Source: Aliivibrio fischeri ES114 (lineage in GTDB: Bacteria > Pseudomonadota > Gammaproteobacteria > Enterobacterales > Vibrionaceae). Taken from it: DNA of 32,000 bases. The stretch's first letter is position 1; every line of letters begins with the position of its first letter. Under the pieces are notes generated by a model. It was not told the DNA's origin, made no database searches, and saw only the letters and a program-made list of their open reading frames with translations. The DNA lies in NCBI RefSeq assembly GCF_000011805.1, contig NC_006842.1; one strand, written 5' to 3'. The translations under genes were made by a program, and so were the position numbers. Shown here piece by piece: positions 9,649 to 18,779 of the stretch.

Positions 9649-9789
9649 CCTCCTTTTTGGTATATAACATTTGATCATAAACACCCTTTTCTTAGACCAA
9701 AAGATCATATTTAATTTAAATAAAAAACAGATACTTAAGTTATTTTTAATAGTATAATCAAACCTATAAATTGAATAGGAATTATAACA

Positions 9790-10821
9790 ATGAAAATCAA
9801 AAATATTGCGTTACTTATGGCTGGGTTATCCTTTAATGCACTGGCTATTGAAAACGGCACATCGGTGAATTGGAATAACTACGATGACATGGTCAAACTG
9901 TATTCTACTGATAACGCCCAAACTTGCTCAGGCACACTGATTGCAGGTAAATACCTTTTGACTGCTGCGCACTGCTTAGTGCAAGACAACCCAACAACAA
10001 AAGTAAAATCAACTTGGGGGCAGCAATACACCGTCATTACTGACAATACGCACCCTGATTATGATGTATTTAATGGTAATTGGCATGACGTGGCAATTTC
10101 TGAATTAAACCAATCAATTGATGCAAAAACTGTTCATTTCTTTGCTGATTTAACCAAAGATACGGTTAAAGAAAATGACGCATTGCGTGTTTTTGGCTTT
10201 GGTGCAACGGGCGAACAACTTAATTACGCATCATTAACTATGATTAATGAAGTTGGTGGGCCGCAAGACCGCTTAGATGGTAAAGTCATTACCAACGGTG
10301 CTGGTGATATTACTGGAGGCAATACCATTGGTGGTGATTCAGGCGGTGCATGGCTAAATAAAAATAATACTATTGTCGCCACTCACAAAGGCGGAGATTG
10401 GTTAAACTCTGTTAGAGAAACCTACTCAACCAACTTGCATTACAGCAAACAATTTATTTTAGATACGGTCAATGGTTGGCATTACCCAACGCTGGCGAAT
10501 ACTTCTAATGGCACCGCAACCATTACCGTTCAATCACTGCACGTAAACCCAACAGTGGATACGGCTTACACCTCTGGTGATGCAACTATTACTGGCGGTA
10601 CTTGTACAACAATGAGCTCGGTATCTGCATTTAAAACGTGTACTTATGAAATCGAAAGCCAAGGCGGTATCGGTGCACTTCACTTAACGGATAATGAAAC
10701 TATCTCAATCAATAAACCAACACCAACGCCTGAAACCTCTGGCGGTGGAGAAGAAGGCGGTAGTCTTGGATTCTTATCCCTAATCGGATTACTTGGCCTT
10801 GGTGTCATCAGAAGAAAATAG
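9790..10821 (+). CDS. VesB-like trypsin-fold serine protease with C-terminal GlyGly-CTERM (rhombosortase) sorting signal
   Basis: Catalytic triad motifs LTAAHC, WHDVAI and GDSGGAW. Signal peptide ...SFNALA|IENG. A beta-rich C-terminal domain follows. C-terminus is SGGGEEGGSLGFLSLIGLLGLGVIRRK (Gly-Gly, TM helix, basic tail). Confidence 0.9.
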   Translation: MKIKNIALLMAGLSFNALAIENGTSVNWNNYDDMVKLYSTDNAQTCSGTLIAGKYLLTAAHCLVQDNPTTKVKSTWGQQYTVITDNTHPDYDVFNGNWHDVAISELNQSIDAKTVHFFADLTKDTVKENDALRVFGFGATGEQLNYASLTMINEVGGPQDRLDGKVITNGAGDITGGNTIGGDSGGAWLNKNNTIVATHKGGDWLNSVRETYSTNLHYSKQFILDTVNGWHYPTLANTSNGTATITVQSLHVNPTVDTAYTSGDATITGGTCTTMSSVSAFKTCTYEIESQGGIGALHLTDNETISINKPTPTPETSGGGEEGGSLGFLSLIGLLGLGVIRRK

Positions 10822-10822
10822 A

Positions 10823-10999
10823 ATGAAACCACAACGAGGTAAAGAAAGACCCTTTATCGCATTGGAAATGACAGCAAAGCATGAGAAATACGGATTTACC
10901 TCATTGGAAACATTATCAACATGGAACTCAAAGATAAGCAAAAACAAAGAGACTCATTTCACTTGTAAAAAAGAATCGACGTTGATTATCCCAAAATAA
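10823..10999 (+). CDS. possible 58-aa basic hydrophilic protein co-transcribed with the protease
   Basis: ATG 1 nt after the protease stop. The only terminator of the unit lies after this ORF (11021-11048). No signal peptide and no recognised motif. Could be spurious. Confidence 0.3.
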   Translation: MKPQRGKERPFIALEMTAKHEKYGFTSLETLSTWNSKISKNKETHFTCKKESTLIIPK

Positions 11000-11020
11000 A
11001 CAACACCGCTACCCAATAAA

Positions 11021-11048
11021 AAGCAGACCTAATCGGTTTGCTTTTTTT
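11021..11048 (+). terminator. rho-independent terminator of the protease unit
   Basis: Stem AAGCAGACC (11021-11029) / GGTTTGCTT (11035-11043) with one G:U, loop TAATC, then a T-run to 11048. Confidence 0.6.
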
Positions 11049-11080
11049 ATTCCTGTTATTTACTCAATTGGATCACACTT

Positions 11081-11713
11081 ATGCTACTTCTTTTTTTAGA
11101 GCTGATATCTATTCCTATCATGTTGATAGCAATGTTCTTTTCCATTTATATTATTCAAACCACACCATCAACCATTCATAATTTAAATCATCGATACCAA
11201 AAAACAGGAGGCATTGGTATTGCAATAATATGCACAACTCTACTTGGTTTACCTGAGCCCAATTATTTATTGTATGGCCTTATTATCGGATTTTTGATTT
11301 TCCATTTTTTCTATGGGTTTAGTGTTACCTCCACGCGCACACAATCACTGGTTATCGTTCCATCGTTACTGAATAAACATCAAGTACAAGTTCATTTAGC
11401 TACCCTGTCACAACCATTTACTCGTAACGTGTATAACGATTTATTCTTAGTCATAGAAGAACTGAAAGCCACGAATGTTCGCACCGTGATATTAGTATCA
11501 CCGATGTTTTCTAAAAAGACAGAATTACGAAATACCTTATTCTTTGAATCCATATTGAAAAAACGAAACATTGCCTTAGAAAGTCATCCTGTTGCGTTCT
11601 ACACAAAACCTTGGTCATGCTTCCTATTAGGCATTCAAAAATACCTATTACAAATACCTAGTATCCAATCCTTGCCATTAACACGCTGGCATAAATACAC
11701 ACTGCACATTTAA
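11081..11713 (+). CDS. hypothetical membrane protein (3 N-terminal TM segments plus ~120-aa soluble domain)
   Basis: Long ORF with hydrophobic N-terminus (LISIPIMLIAMFFSIYII, IGIAIICTTLLGL, LLYGLIIGFLIFHFFYGF). No obvious RBS and no family recognised. Confidence 0.4.
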   Translation: MLLLFLELISIPIMLIAMFFSIYIIQTTPSTIHNLNHRYQKTGGIGIAIICTTLLGLPEPNYLLYGLIIGFLIFHFFYGFSVTSTRTQSLVIVPSLLNKHQVQVHLATLSQPFTRNVYNDLFLVIEELKATNVRTVILVSPMFSKKTELRNTLFFESILKKRNIALESHPVAFYTKPWSCFLLGIQKYLLQIPSIQSLPLTRWHKYTLHI

Positions 11714-11823
11714 ACCTAACACGCCAAATCACGATTATCAGAATGATAATTGGGAATTGGGGTGCAACAAAGCGAAGCGACGTTAGTTCTCTTCAACCAT
11801 CTTAAAGTAAAGGAAATATTTTT

Positions 11824-12132
11824 ATGAACACGACAGTTTCATACACTTCATCACGGCCATTATTTATCATTTTATGTTTAGTAGTGTTGGTTTTTGCTCT
11901 TTTCCCTGAGTTAGCTCATGCTTCTGGTGGATTAAACAAAGTTAATGATTTTATGGAAGACTTAGCGAAAATTTTACGTGGTGCGTCCATCGTGACTGTA
12001 ACCGTAGCCCTTATGTGGATAGGTTATAAATATCAATTCACTGATTGGGATATTCGAGAGTTTGGAAGAATACTCATGGGTGCGCTGTTAATCGGTGGTG
12101 CTGCTGAGATTGCTCGTTACTTTGTATCATAA
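11824..12132 (+). CDS. virB2: VirB2/TrbC-family T4SS pilin
   Basis: 102 aa. Long signal-like leader ending ELAHA|SGG and two hydrophobic helices (ASIVTVTVALMWIGY; ILMGALLIGGAAEIA). First gene of the T4SS operon. Confidence 0.8.
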   Translation: MNTTVSYTSSRPLFIILCLVVLVFALFPELAHASGGLNKVNDFMEDLAKILRGASIVTVTVALMWIGYKYQFTDWDIREFGRILMGALLIGGAAEIARYFVS

Positions 12133-12143
12133 GGAGAGTAACC

Positions 12144-12446
12144 ATGTCTGAGCCGATATTTAAAGCCTGTACTCGCCCCTCAATGCTGTTTTCAGTCCCA
12201 TTAGTACCGTTAATGCTCTCTAATGCCATTATCTTTTTAGTTGGCATGTGGGCGAACTACTTTGGTCTTGGACTGTGGCTCTTTATTCTTACTATTCCGA
12301 ACTACTTAACTTTACGGTTTATCACCAAATTGGATGATGCCAATCTCAGTCTGTTAGGACTGAGATTTAAATGTCGTCGAATGAATCGTAATCGTTCTTT
12401 TTATGGGGCGACGGTATATAGCCCTTTACCATTTAAAAAGAGATAA
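12144..12446 (+). CDS. virB3: VirB3-family T4SS inner-membrane protein
   Basis: 100 aa. Opens with the typical sequence ...FKACTRPSMLFSVP followed by two TM segments. Lies directly upstream of virB4. Confidence 0.75.
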   Translation: MSEPIFKACTRPSMLFSVPLVPLMLSNAIIFLVGMWANYFGLGLWLFILTIPNYLTLRFITKLDDANLSLLGLRFKCRRMNRNRSFYGATVYSPLPFKKR

Positions 12447-12449
12447 ACC

Positions 12450-14903
12450 ATGAAACCCACAAAATACGCAACGGCCATCAATCAAGAAGTATCACTTGCA
12501 CACTACATCCCATACTCAAGTCATTTAACTGATTCGATATTGATCACCACCGATGGTGATTTGCTGCAAATGTTCCGACTCAGTGGTGTTGCTTTTGAAA
12601 CAAAAGACAATGAAGAATTATCATTGTTACACCAACGCCTCAACACGCTATATAAAGGCTTATCAGAATCCGATGTCAGTTTATGGACTCACGTCATCCG
12701 TCGTAAAGTAAAACACACCATTAACGGTGAGTTTAACCAACACTTTGCAGCGCATTTTGATGCGGTATATAACGCGCAGTTTGGCGAAGAAATCATGACC
12801 AATGAGTTTTACGTCACGGTCATACAGCGTTCAACCGATAGACTCAAAAAGCTCAATCGTAATATTGACGCGATTAAAGCACGTTTAGTTGAGCGTATTG
12901 ATGCTTTTACTGAAGTGACCGATTTAATAAAAAATAACTTAGAAAGTTATCATCCAACATCACTGACCTGTAAAACCAATCAGCAAGGTACTGTTCTCTC
13001 TGAGCCATTAACCGTATTAAATTACTTATTGACCCACGAATGGGTCAACGTTCATAAACCAACGGGCGAAATTAAACACGCCATTGGTAATGCTTGGATA
13101 AAAATTGGCTCAGATACCATTGAGCTAAACTCAGTATCTAGTACGCATTATGCACAAGGGATCGATATTAAAGAGTACGCTTCTCGCTCTTATAACGGAT
13201 TGCTCAACGGATTACTTTATAGTGAGTTTGAATTTGTGCTCACTCAATCCTTTAGCTTATATCCACGAAAGATAGCTGCAAAGTTCATTAAGACTCAAAA
13301 AAGAAGAGGCAAAAGCTCAGGGGATGGAGCGATTACTCAGATACAAGATTTAGATCAAGCATCAAATGATTTACTCGATGGTCACTTTGCAATGGGGGAA
13401 TATCATTTCTCATTACTTGTGTTTGGTGATTCCATTGATAACGTTCGTCAATATCGTAGTGAAGCTCAAAAAAGTTTATCTCACTCAGAGTTACTTTGTG
13501 TTCCAATCAAAATCGCTACCGATGCGGCGTTCTTTGCTCAACTCCCTGCCAATTGGGGGTATCGTCCTCGCGTGGTTGGTCTAACGAGCCGAAACTTCGC
13601 CAGTTTCTCACCTTTCCACAATTTTTTAATTGGGAAAAAAGAAGGGAATCCTTGGGGCGATGCGGTCACTCGTTTAAAAACCCTATCGGGACACCCTTTC
13701 TATTTTAATTTTCATTACACCCTCACAGGTGATGATAATTTTAATGAAAAAGTGGCTGGTAACACCCGAATGATAGGCATGACAGGAACGGGAAAAACCG
13801 TTGCTCTTGGCCTACTCTATTGCCAAGCTCAAAAATACGCACAACACAGCCCGTTTAGTACGGTATTTTTTGATAAAGATCGTGGTGCAGAAGTCATGAT
13901 ACGAGCACTTGGTGGTAACTACCTACGAGTGCAAAATGGCAAACAAACAGGGTTTAACCCTCTTCAGATGAACCCAACCCCACAGAATATTTCGTTTCTA
14001 AAACGTTGGGTTCGCCAGTTAGTAGAGTCAAAACAACATCCTCTAACAACGTTAGATGAACGCAGTATCAGCCAAGCGGTAGACACCGTAATGAGAATGG
14101 AAAAACCATTACGTCGATTAACCTTAATTAATCAAAACATTGCGGTTGGAACCAGCAAAGAAGAGAGAGAAAACAGCATAAAAGCGCGGTTAGATAAATG
14201 GTGTCAAGGCGGTGAATTTGCATGGGTGTTCGATAATGATGTAGATCTACTCGATTTCAATTCAGCAACCAACATCGGCATCGATGGCACTGAGTTTCTT
14301 GATAATCACGATATTCGTACTCCCATTTGTTTATACCTACTGCATAGAATGGATGAAGTCATTGATGGCCGTCGATTCTTTTATGTCATGGATGAAGCGT
14401 GGAAATGGGTTAACGATGACGCTTTTTCTGACTTTGTCGGAAACAAACAACTGACGATACGAAAACAAAATGGGTTTGGTGTCTTTGCGACACAATTACC
14501 CTCTTCTCTGCTTGGCTCACCTCAAGGTGCAGCGTTAATCGAATCATGCTCAACTGAGATTTATTTACCGAATCCAAAAGCAAAGCATGACGAATACGTA
14601 ACTGACCTTGGATTATCTGAAAAAGAGTTTTCTATCCTAAAAGAGTTTGGAGAAAAAAGCCGTTTATGCCTGATAAAACAAGGCAATCAATCAGCTATCT
14701 GCTCACTCACAATGCCTGGTATGAGTAATGAATTAACTCTCCTTTCTGCAAGCTCTGACGAGCTGCCTCTCTTTGATGAATCAATCAAAGAAGTGGGAGA
14801 AAATCCTATCGATTGGATCCCAATTTTTCTGCAAAAAGTTCGAGAAGAAAAAGAACGTAAACAAGGAGTTCGTAATGAACAACATCACCCTATTGTGTCT
14901 TAG
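12450..14903 (+). CDS. virB4: VirB4-family T4SS ATPase
   Basis: 817 aa. Walker A GMTGTGKT and Walker B FFYVMDEAW. Position after virB2/virB3. Confidence 0.95.
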   Translation: MKPTKYATAINQEVSLAHYIPYSSHLTDSILITTDGDLLQMFRLSGVAFETKDNEELSLLHQRLNTLYKGLSESDVSLWTHVIRRKVKHTINGEFNQHFAAHFDAVYNAQFGEEIMTNEFYVTVIQRSTDRLKKLNRNIDAIKARLVERIDAFTEVTDLIKNNLESYHPTSLTCKTNQQGTVLSEPLTVLNYLLTHEWVNVHKPTGEIKHAIGNAWIKIGSDTIELNSVSSTHYAQGIDIKEYASRSYNGLLNGLLYSEFEFVLTQSFSLYPRKIAAKFIKTQKRRGKSSGDGAITQIQDLDQASNDLLDGHFAMGEYHFSLLVFGDSIDNVRQYRSEAQKSLSHSELLCVPIKIATDAAFFAQLPANWGYRPRVVGLTSRNFASFSPFHNFLIGKKEGNPWGDAVTRLKTLSGHPFYFNFHYTLTGDDNFNEKVAGNTRMIGMTGTGKTVALGLLYCQAQKYAQHSPFSTVFFDKDRGAEVMIRALGGNYLRVQNGKQTGFNPLQMNPTPQNISFLKRWVRQLVESKQHPLTTLDERSISQAVDTVMRMEKPLRRLTLINQNIAVGTSKEERENSIKARLDKWCQGGEFAWVFDNDVDLLDFNSATNIGIDGTEFLDNHDIRTPICLYLLHRMDEVIDGRRFFYVMDEAWKWVNDDAFSDFVGNKQLTIRKQNGFGVFATQLPSSLLGSPQGAALIESCSTEIYLPNPKAKHDEYVTDLGLSEKEFSILKEFGEKSRLCLIKQGNQSAICSLTMPGMSNELTLLSASSDELPLFDESIKEVGENPIDWIPIFLQKVREEKERKQGVRNEQHHPIVS

Positions 14904-14997
14904 CCTTTTATTATTAAGCGGCTGCTCTAGCGTCTCACCACACGCTCAACCATCCTATCAACAAGCTCCGATTGAGGTGATTAATGATGCTCAATAA
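14875..14997 (+). CDS. small VirB7-like lipoprotein (40 aa)
   Basis: ATG 14875 with RBS AAGGAG at 14863-14868. Lipobox LLLLSGC|SS. It overlaps the virB4 3' end (29 nt) and the virB8 start (14 nt). The ORF-track start at 14773 is rejected. Confidence 0.55.
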   Translation: MNNITLLCLSLLLLSGCSSVSPHAQPSYQQAPIEVINDAQ

Positions 14998-15667
14998 AAA
15001 AGAACAAGCCGCTTTATTTGAAGGCTCTGAGGCTCTGGATTTTGAAGCATCAAAAATGTTAATGGTCGCTAAATCAGAGAATCGAGCGTGGAACATAGCA
15101 AAAGGCGCATGTGCTCTCACGTTTTTATCATGGTTAGCTTTGATCTTTCTTATGCCACTAAAAACGGTTGTGCCTTACGTCGCAATGGTGAATGAAACCA
15201 CAGGTCATACACAATTACTGACAACCATCACCGAAGAGACCATTAGCAAACAAGATGCCCTTGATGCTTATTGGGTGGCCTACTACGTGCGTAATCATGA
15301 AACTTATGATTGGTACACCATTCAAGACAGTTATGACAACACACTGTTACTTTCTAGTGACGAGGTTGGCCGTGATTATGCTGGACTCTTTGAAGGCAAT
15401 AATGCCCTTGATTCGGTATGGGGTAAACGAGTGAAAGCTCAGGTTCGTTTACTCAGTAAACCTATCATCAAGAATAACATTGCTACGGTACGATTTGAAA
15501 AAACCATTAAATCCGTCGATGACACAGGAAAAGGACAACCGACGGTATGGATAGCAACACTTGCTTATCAATACAAATCAGACCCACTAACAGAAGAAGA
15601 ACGCCTTAAAAATCCATTAGGATTTCAGGTGGTCAGTTATCGATTAGATCCCGAACTTATGGAATAG
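14984..15667 (+). CDS. virB8: VirB8-family T4SS protein
   Basis: 227 aa with an N-terminal TM (ACALTFLSWLALIFLM). The C-terminal hallmark NPLGFQVVSYRLDPE is present. RBS GAGGTG. Confidence 0.85.
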   Translation: MMLNKKEQAALFEGSEALDFEASKMLMVAKSENRAWNIAKGACALTFLSWLALIFLMPLKTVVPYVAMVNETTGHTQLLTTITEETISKQDALDAYWVAYYVRNHETYDWYTIQDSYDNTLLLSSDEVGRDYAGLFEGNNALDSVWGKRVKAQVRLLSKPIIKNNIATVRFEKTIKSVDDTGKGQPTVWIATLAYQYKSDPLTEEERLKNPLGFQVVSYRLDPELME

Positions 15668-15673
15668 AATAAT

Positions 15674-16582
15674 ATGAAAGCCTCGATTTGGTTATTAAGC
15701 TGTTTTGTTTTTACCCCTTGTTTTGCTCTAAACATCCCCGTTCAATCTCCCCTAGACTCCAACATTCAATACTCAACTTATCAAGCTAATAACGTGGTCG
15801 AAGTTACCGCTTACATCGGTATGGCTTCACATATTGTGTTTGATAAATCAGAAAAAATTGAATTGGTTCAATCTGGTTTTTCAGAAGGATGGGAATTTAT
15901 TAAAAATGGAAATCATCTTTTTATCAAAGCGCGTTCAGTGCCAAGCACTGAAACGATCACCGATCATTTAGGTAACGTGACCACAAAAGAGATCTTCATT
16001 ACTCCGTCGAAAGAATGGGAGACCAACTTAATTGTGGTTACAAGTAAACGCAATTACACCTTCCTTCTTACGTTAGGAAAAGGGGATAAAGGACGCAGAC
16101 AAAACACCTACCGTTTGTCGTTTCAGTATCCAGAAGAGAAAGCCGTTCAAGATAAGATTGTCGCGGATATTGCCGTTGAAAAAACAAAACTGGCTAAAGC
16201 CAAAATCGATACTCACTCTGAGCCTGAGATCAGAAACTGGAAATACGTACAACAGGTCGGCAAAAATTCCAGAAACATAGCCCCGTATCGAGCATGGGAT
16301 AATGGTCGCTTTACCTATTTATCATTCAAAAAGAATAGCGAGATACCGGCTATTTTTATGGTATCTGAAACGGGACAAGAAACCCTTGTCAATATCAACA
16401 TTGATATTAACGATCCTGATACGGTCATCATCCAACGTATTGCAAAACAATTTGTATTACGCCTTGATGATTCCGTTGTCGGTATCACCAACAAAGGATT
16501 CAATACGTTAAACGTCAACAATGATACGGGTAGCACCATTAAGAACGTGGTCAGAGAAGTAAAAGGAGTGGATACACCATGA
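15674..16582 (+). CDS. virB9: VirB9/TrbG-family T4SS outer-membrane core protein
   Basis: Signal peptide MKASIWLLSCFVFTPCFA|L, 302 aa. The motif RNWKYVQQVG fits the VirB9 N..Y...G pattern. ATGA overlap with virB10. Confidence 0.8.
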   Translation: MKASIWLLSCFVFTPCFALNIPVQSPLDSNIQYSTYQANNVVEVTAYIGMASHIVFDKSEKIELVQSGFSEGWEFIKNGNHLFIKARSVPSTETITDHLGNVTTKEIFITPSKEWETNLIVVTSKRNYTFLLTLGKGDKGRRQNTYRLSFQYPEEKAVQDKIVADIAVEKTKLAKAKIDTHSEPEIRNWKYVQQVGKNSRNIAPYRAWDNGRFTYLSFKKNSEIPAIFMVSETGQETLVNINIDINDPDTVIIQRIAKQFVLRLDDSVVGITNKGFNTLNVNNDTGSTIKNVVREVKGVDTP

Positions 16583-17769
16583 CAATTGAGCATTTAGAAG
16601 GTGAAGCACTTTCTATCCCAAGTACAAACTCAAATCAAAGAGATAAGAAACACGTTCTTCTCTTTTTGATTATTTGTGGTTTTATCTTAAGTTGTTTGAT
16701 TTGGTTTATCTTTTTCAATTCTAGTGACAAAGAAAGCGTATCAGCACCAACGCAACCAAGTATCAATACATCCACTCATAAAGCGTCAACACCTCAATCA
16801 AATAAAACATTTGAGTGGAAACCATCTGAGCCATCACAACCTGAGCAAAAGGACGTTGAAGATACGAGCACAGAAACAAAGGAAAAGATTGTTGATACAC
16901 CGCCCGTAGCTCCTGTATCGCAACCTTTACCACCAAACGGCCAACTAAATAGTTATACGCCAAAACGAACCGTTGCACAGATAGACAAAAGCAAATCATC
17001 AATGTCTTCTGGCTCTCAAGGCTCAGAAAACGGATTGCAATTAACACCACCATACCCAACGTATCCAAGCGTTCCGACCACTGGCACACCATCGTCATTT
17101 TTCAATACTCAAGAAAATGACAATGAAAGCAACAACAGTCAAAGGATCACTTCGTTATTAAACACCAGTAAAACTGAAAATTCCGTTGCCGCCGTTTTAT
17201 ACAACCGTGATTACTTACTGGCAAAAGGGGCGTACATAGATTGCGTTCTTAATACCAGTATGAACTCTACCGTTGCAGGGATGACAAAATGCACCTTGAC
17301 TCGTGATATTTACAGCGATAACGGTAACACCTTATTGATCGAGCGTGGCTCAGAAGTCACAGGGGAATATCGAGCTAACCTATCACAAGGACAAGCAAGG
17401 CTGTTTGTTCTATGGGATAGAGTAAAAACCCCTCACGGTGTCATTGTTGATTTGGCATCACCAGCAACCGACAGTTTAGGTGCAGGAGGCGTGAACGGTT
17501 ACGTTGATACGCATTTCTGGGAGCGATTCGGTGGCGCCATGATGTTATCTCTTGTTGACGATCTGGCTGGATACATGGCAACGAATGGCGGAAAAAGCAT
17601 TAACAACTTTGAAAACTCCTCCAATGCTGCGCAAGATATGGCAGCAGAGGCATTAAAAAACACCATCAATATTCCACCGACGTTCTACAAAAACCAAGGT
17701 GAGCGTATCGGCATTTTCATTGCTCGTGATATTGATTTCTCCAAGGTCTACCGCTTAAAGGTTCAATGA
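16579..17769 (+). CDS. virB10: VirB10/TrbI-family T4SS core protein
   Basis: N-terminal TM (VLLFLIICGFILSCLIWFIFF), a Pro/Ser/Thr-rich linker, and a TrbI-like C-terminal domain (LAKGAYIDCVLNT...ERGSEVTGEY...GERIGIFIARDIDF). Confidence 0.85.
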   Translation: MTIEHLEGEALSIPSTNSNQRDKKHVLLFLIICGFILSCLIWFIFFNSSDKESVSAPTQPSINTSTHKASTPQSNKTFEWKPSEPSQPEQKDVEDTSTETKEKIVDTPPVAPVSQPLPPNGQLNSYTPKRTVAQIDKSKSSMSSGSQGSENGLQLTPPYPTYPSVPTTGTPSSFFNTQENDNESNNSQRITSLLNTSKTENSVAAVLYNRDYLLAKGAYIDCVLNTSMNSTVAGMTKCTLTRDIYSDNGNTLLIERGSEVTGEYRANLSQGQARLFVLWDRVKTPHGVIVDLASPATDSLGAGGVNGYVDTHFWERFGGAMMLSLVDDLAGYMATNGGKSINNFENSSNAAQDMAAEALKNTINIPPTFYKNQGERIGIFIARDIDFSKVYRLKVQ

Positions 17770-18779
17770 ATATGACAATAGGCAAAGATACCACCATCAA
17801 TCACTTATTTAAGCCTCTTAATGAATGGCTTGAAGATGAAGACATTACTGAAATTGCCATCAATCAACCAAATGAAGTGTGGATTGAAAAGCACGACCAA
17901 TGGACATCTTATTCTTGTAACGCGCTTTCATTTGACCATCTCAATTCAATGGCGACAGCGGTCGCCTCTTTTTGTGATAACAATATTTCAGTCAGTCAGC
18001 CAATTTTATCAGCAACGTTACCCAAAGGAGAACGTATCCAATTTGTTATACCTCCAGCGTGTAGCCCGAACACGGTAAGCATCACCATACGAAAACCTAA
18101 CATTGCTCAACGCACCTTAAAAGATTATGTACGAGACGGCTTTTTCAATCATGTGATCCCTACTCAACAAACAATGTCCCCTATCGACAAACAATTATTG
18201 GATCTCAAAGACACAGATCTATCTACGTTTTTGAAATTAGCCATTAATGCTCAAAAAACCATTGTGATTGCAGGAGGGACAGGCTCAGGTAAAACCACAT
18301 TTATGAAGATGTTAGTTGACTTAATTCCCAAAGCTCAACGCATTATTACCATTGAAGATGTGTCTGAATTGTTTCTACCAAATACACCCAATAAGGTGCA
18401 TTTGTTTTACCCAAGTGAAGCAACACAAAGCGATCCTGTCACTTCAGCAAAACTACTTAAAAGCTGTTTACGCATGAAACCCGATCGCATTTTATTAGCA
18501 GAACTTCGAGGCGCAGAAACCTTTGATTTTGTGAATATCGCAGCATCAGGTCATGGCGGAAGCATCACCAGTTGCCACGCAGGAAGCGTGGCACTGACCT
18601 TTGAGCGATTAGCCGCCATGATGATGAAAAACCCCGAAGCCATCTCCTTGCCTTATGAAGCCATCGTAAAATTACTTCATCAAGTCATTGATATTGTCAT
18701 CCATATAGAAAATGACGTTCATTCGGATAATCCAATAGGTCGTCATATAACAGAAGTGTGGTTTAAACCAAATGAATAA
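17766..18779 (+). CDS. virB11: VirB11-family T4SS ATPase
   Basis: Walker A GGTGSGKTT, ITIEDVSEL, RMKPDRILLAELRGAE, and His box GHGGSITSCHAGS. Confidence 0.9.
   Translation: MNMTIGKDTTINHLFKPLNEWLEDEDITEIAINQPNEVWIEKHDQWTSYSCNALSFDHLNSMATAVASFCDNNISVSQPILSATLPKGERIQFVIPPACSPNTVSITIRKPNIAQRTLKDYVRDGFFNHVIPTQQTMSPIDKQLLDLKDTDLSTFLKLAINAQKTIVIAGGTGSGKTTFMKMLVDLIPKAQRIITIEDVSELFLPNTPNKVHLFYPSEATQSDPVTSAKLLKSCLRMKPDRILLAELRGAETFDFVNIAASGHGGSITSCHAGSVALTFERLAAMMMKNPEAISLPYEAIVKLLHQVIDIVIHIENDVHSDNPIGRHITEVWFKPNE

Noticed and set aside
9753-9758. TATAAT hexamer 32 nt upstream of the protease start, as its promoter -10.
   Set aside because: No acceptable -35 or extended -10 is present at 16-18 bp spacing. 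In a 170-bp stretch this AT-rich, a perfect TATAAT is not informative on its own, so it is not reported as a feature.
8225-9790. Shufflon (19-bp sfx repeats, alternative pilV C-terminal exons, rci recombinase) expected after an R64-type pilV.
   Set aside because: No repeated 19-bp motif or inverted pilV 3' segments are visible, and no recombinase gene is present. pilV is followed by a small secreted-protein gene and a terminator.
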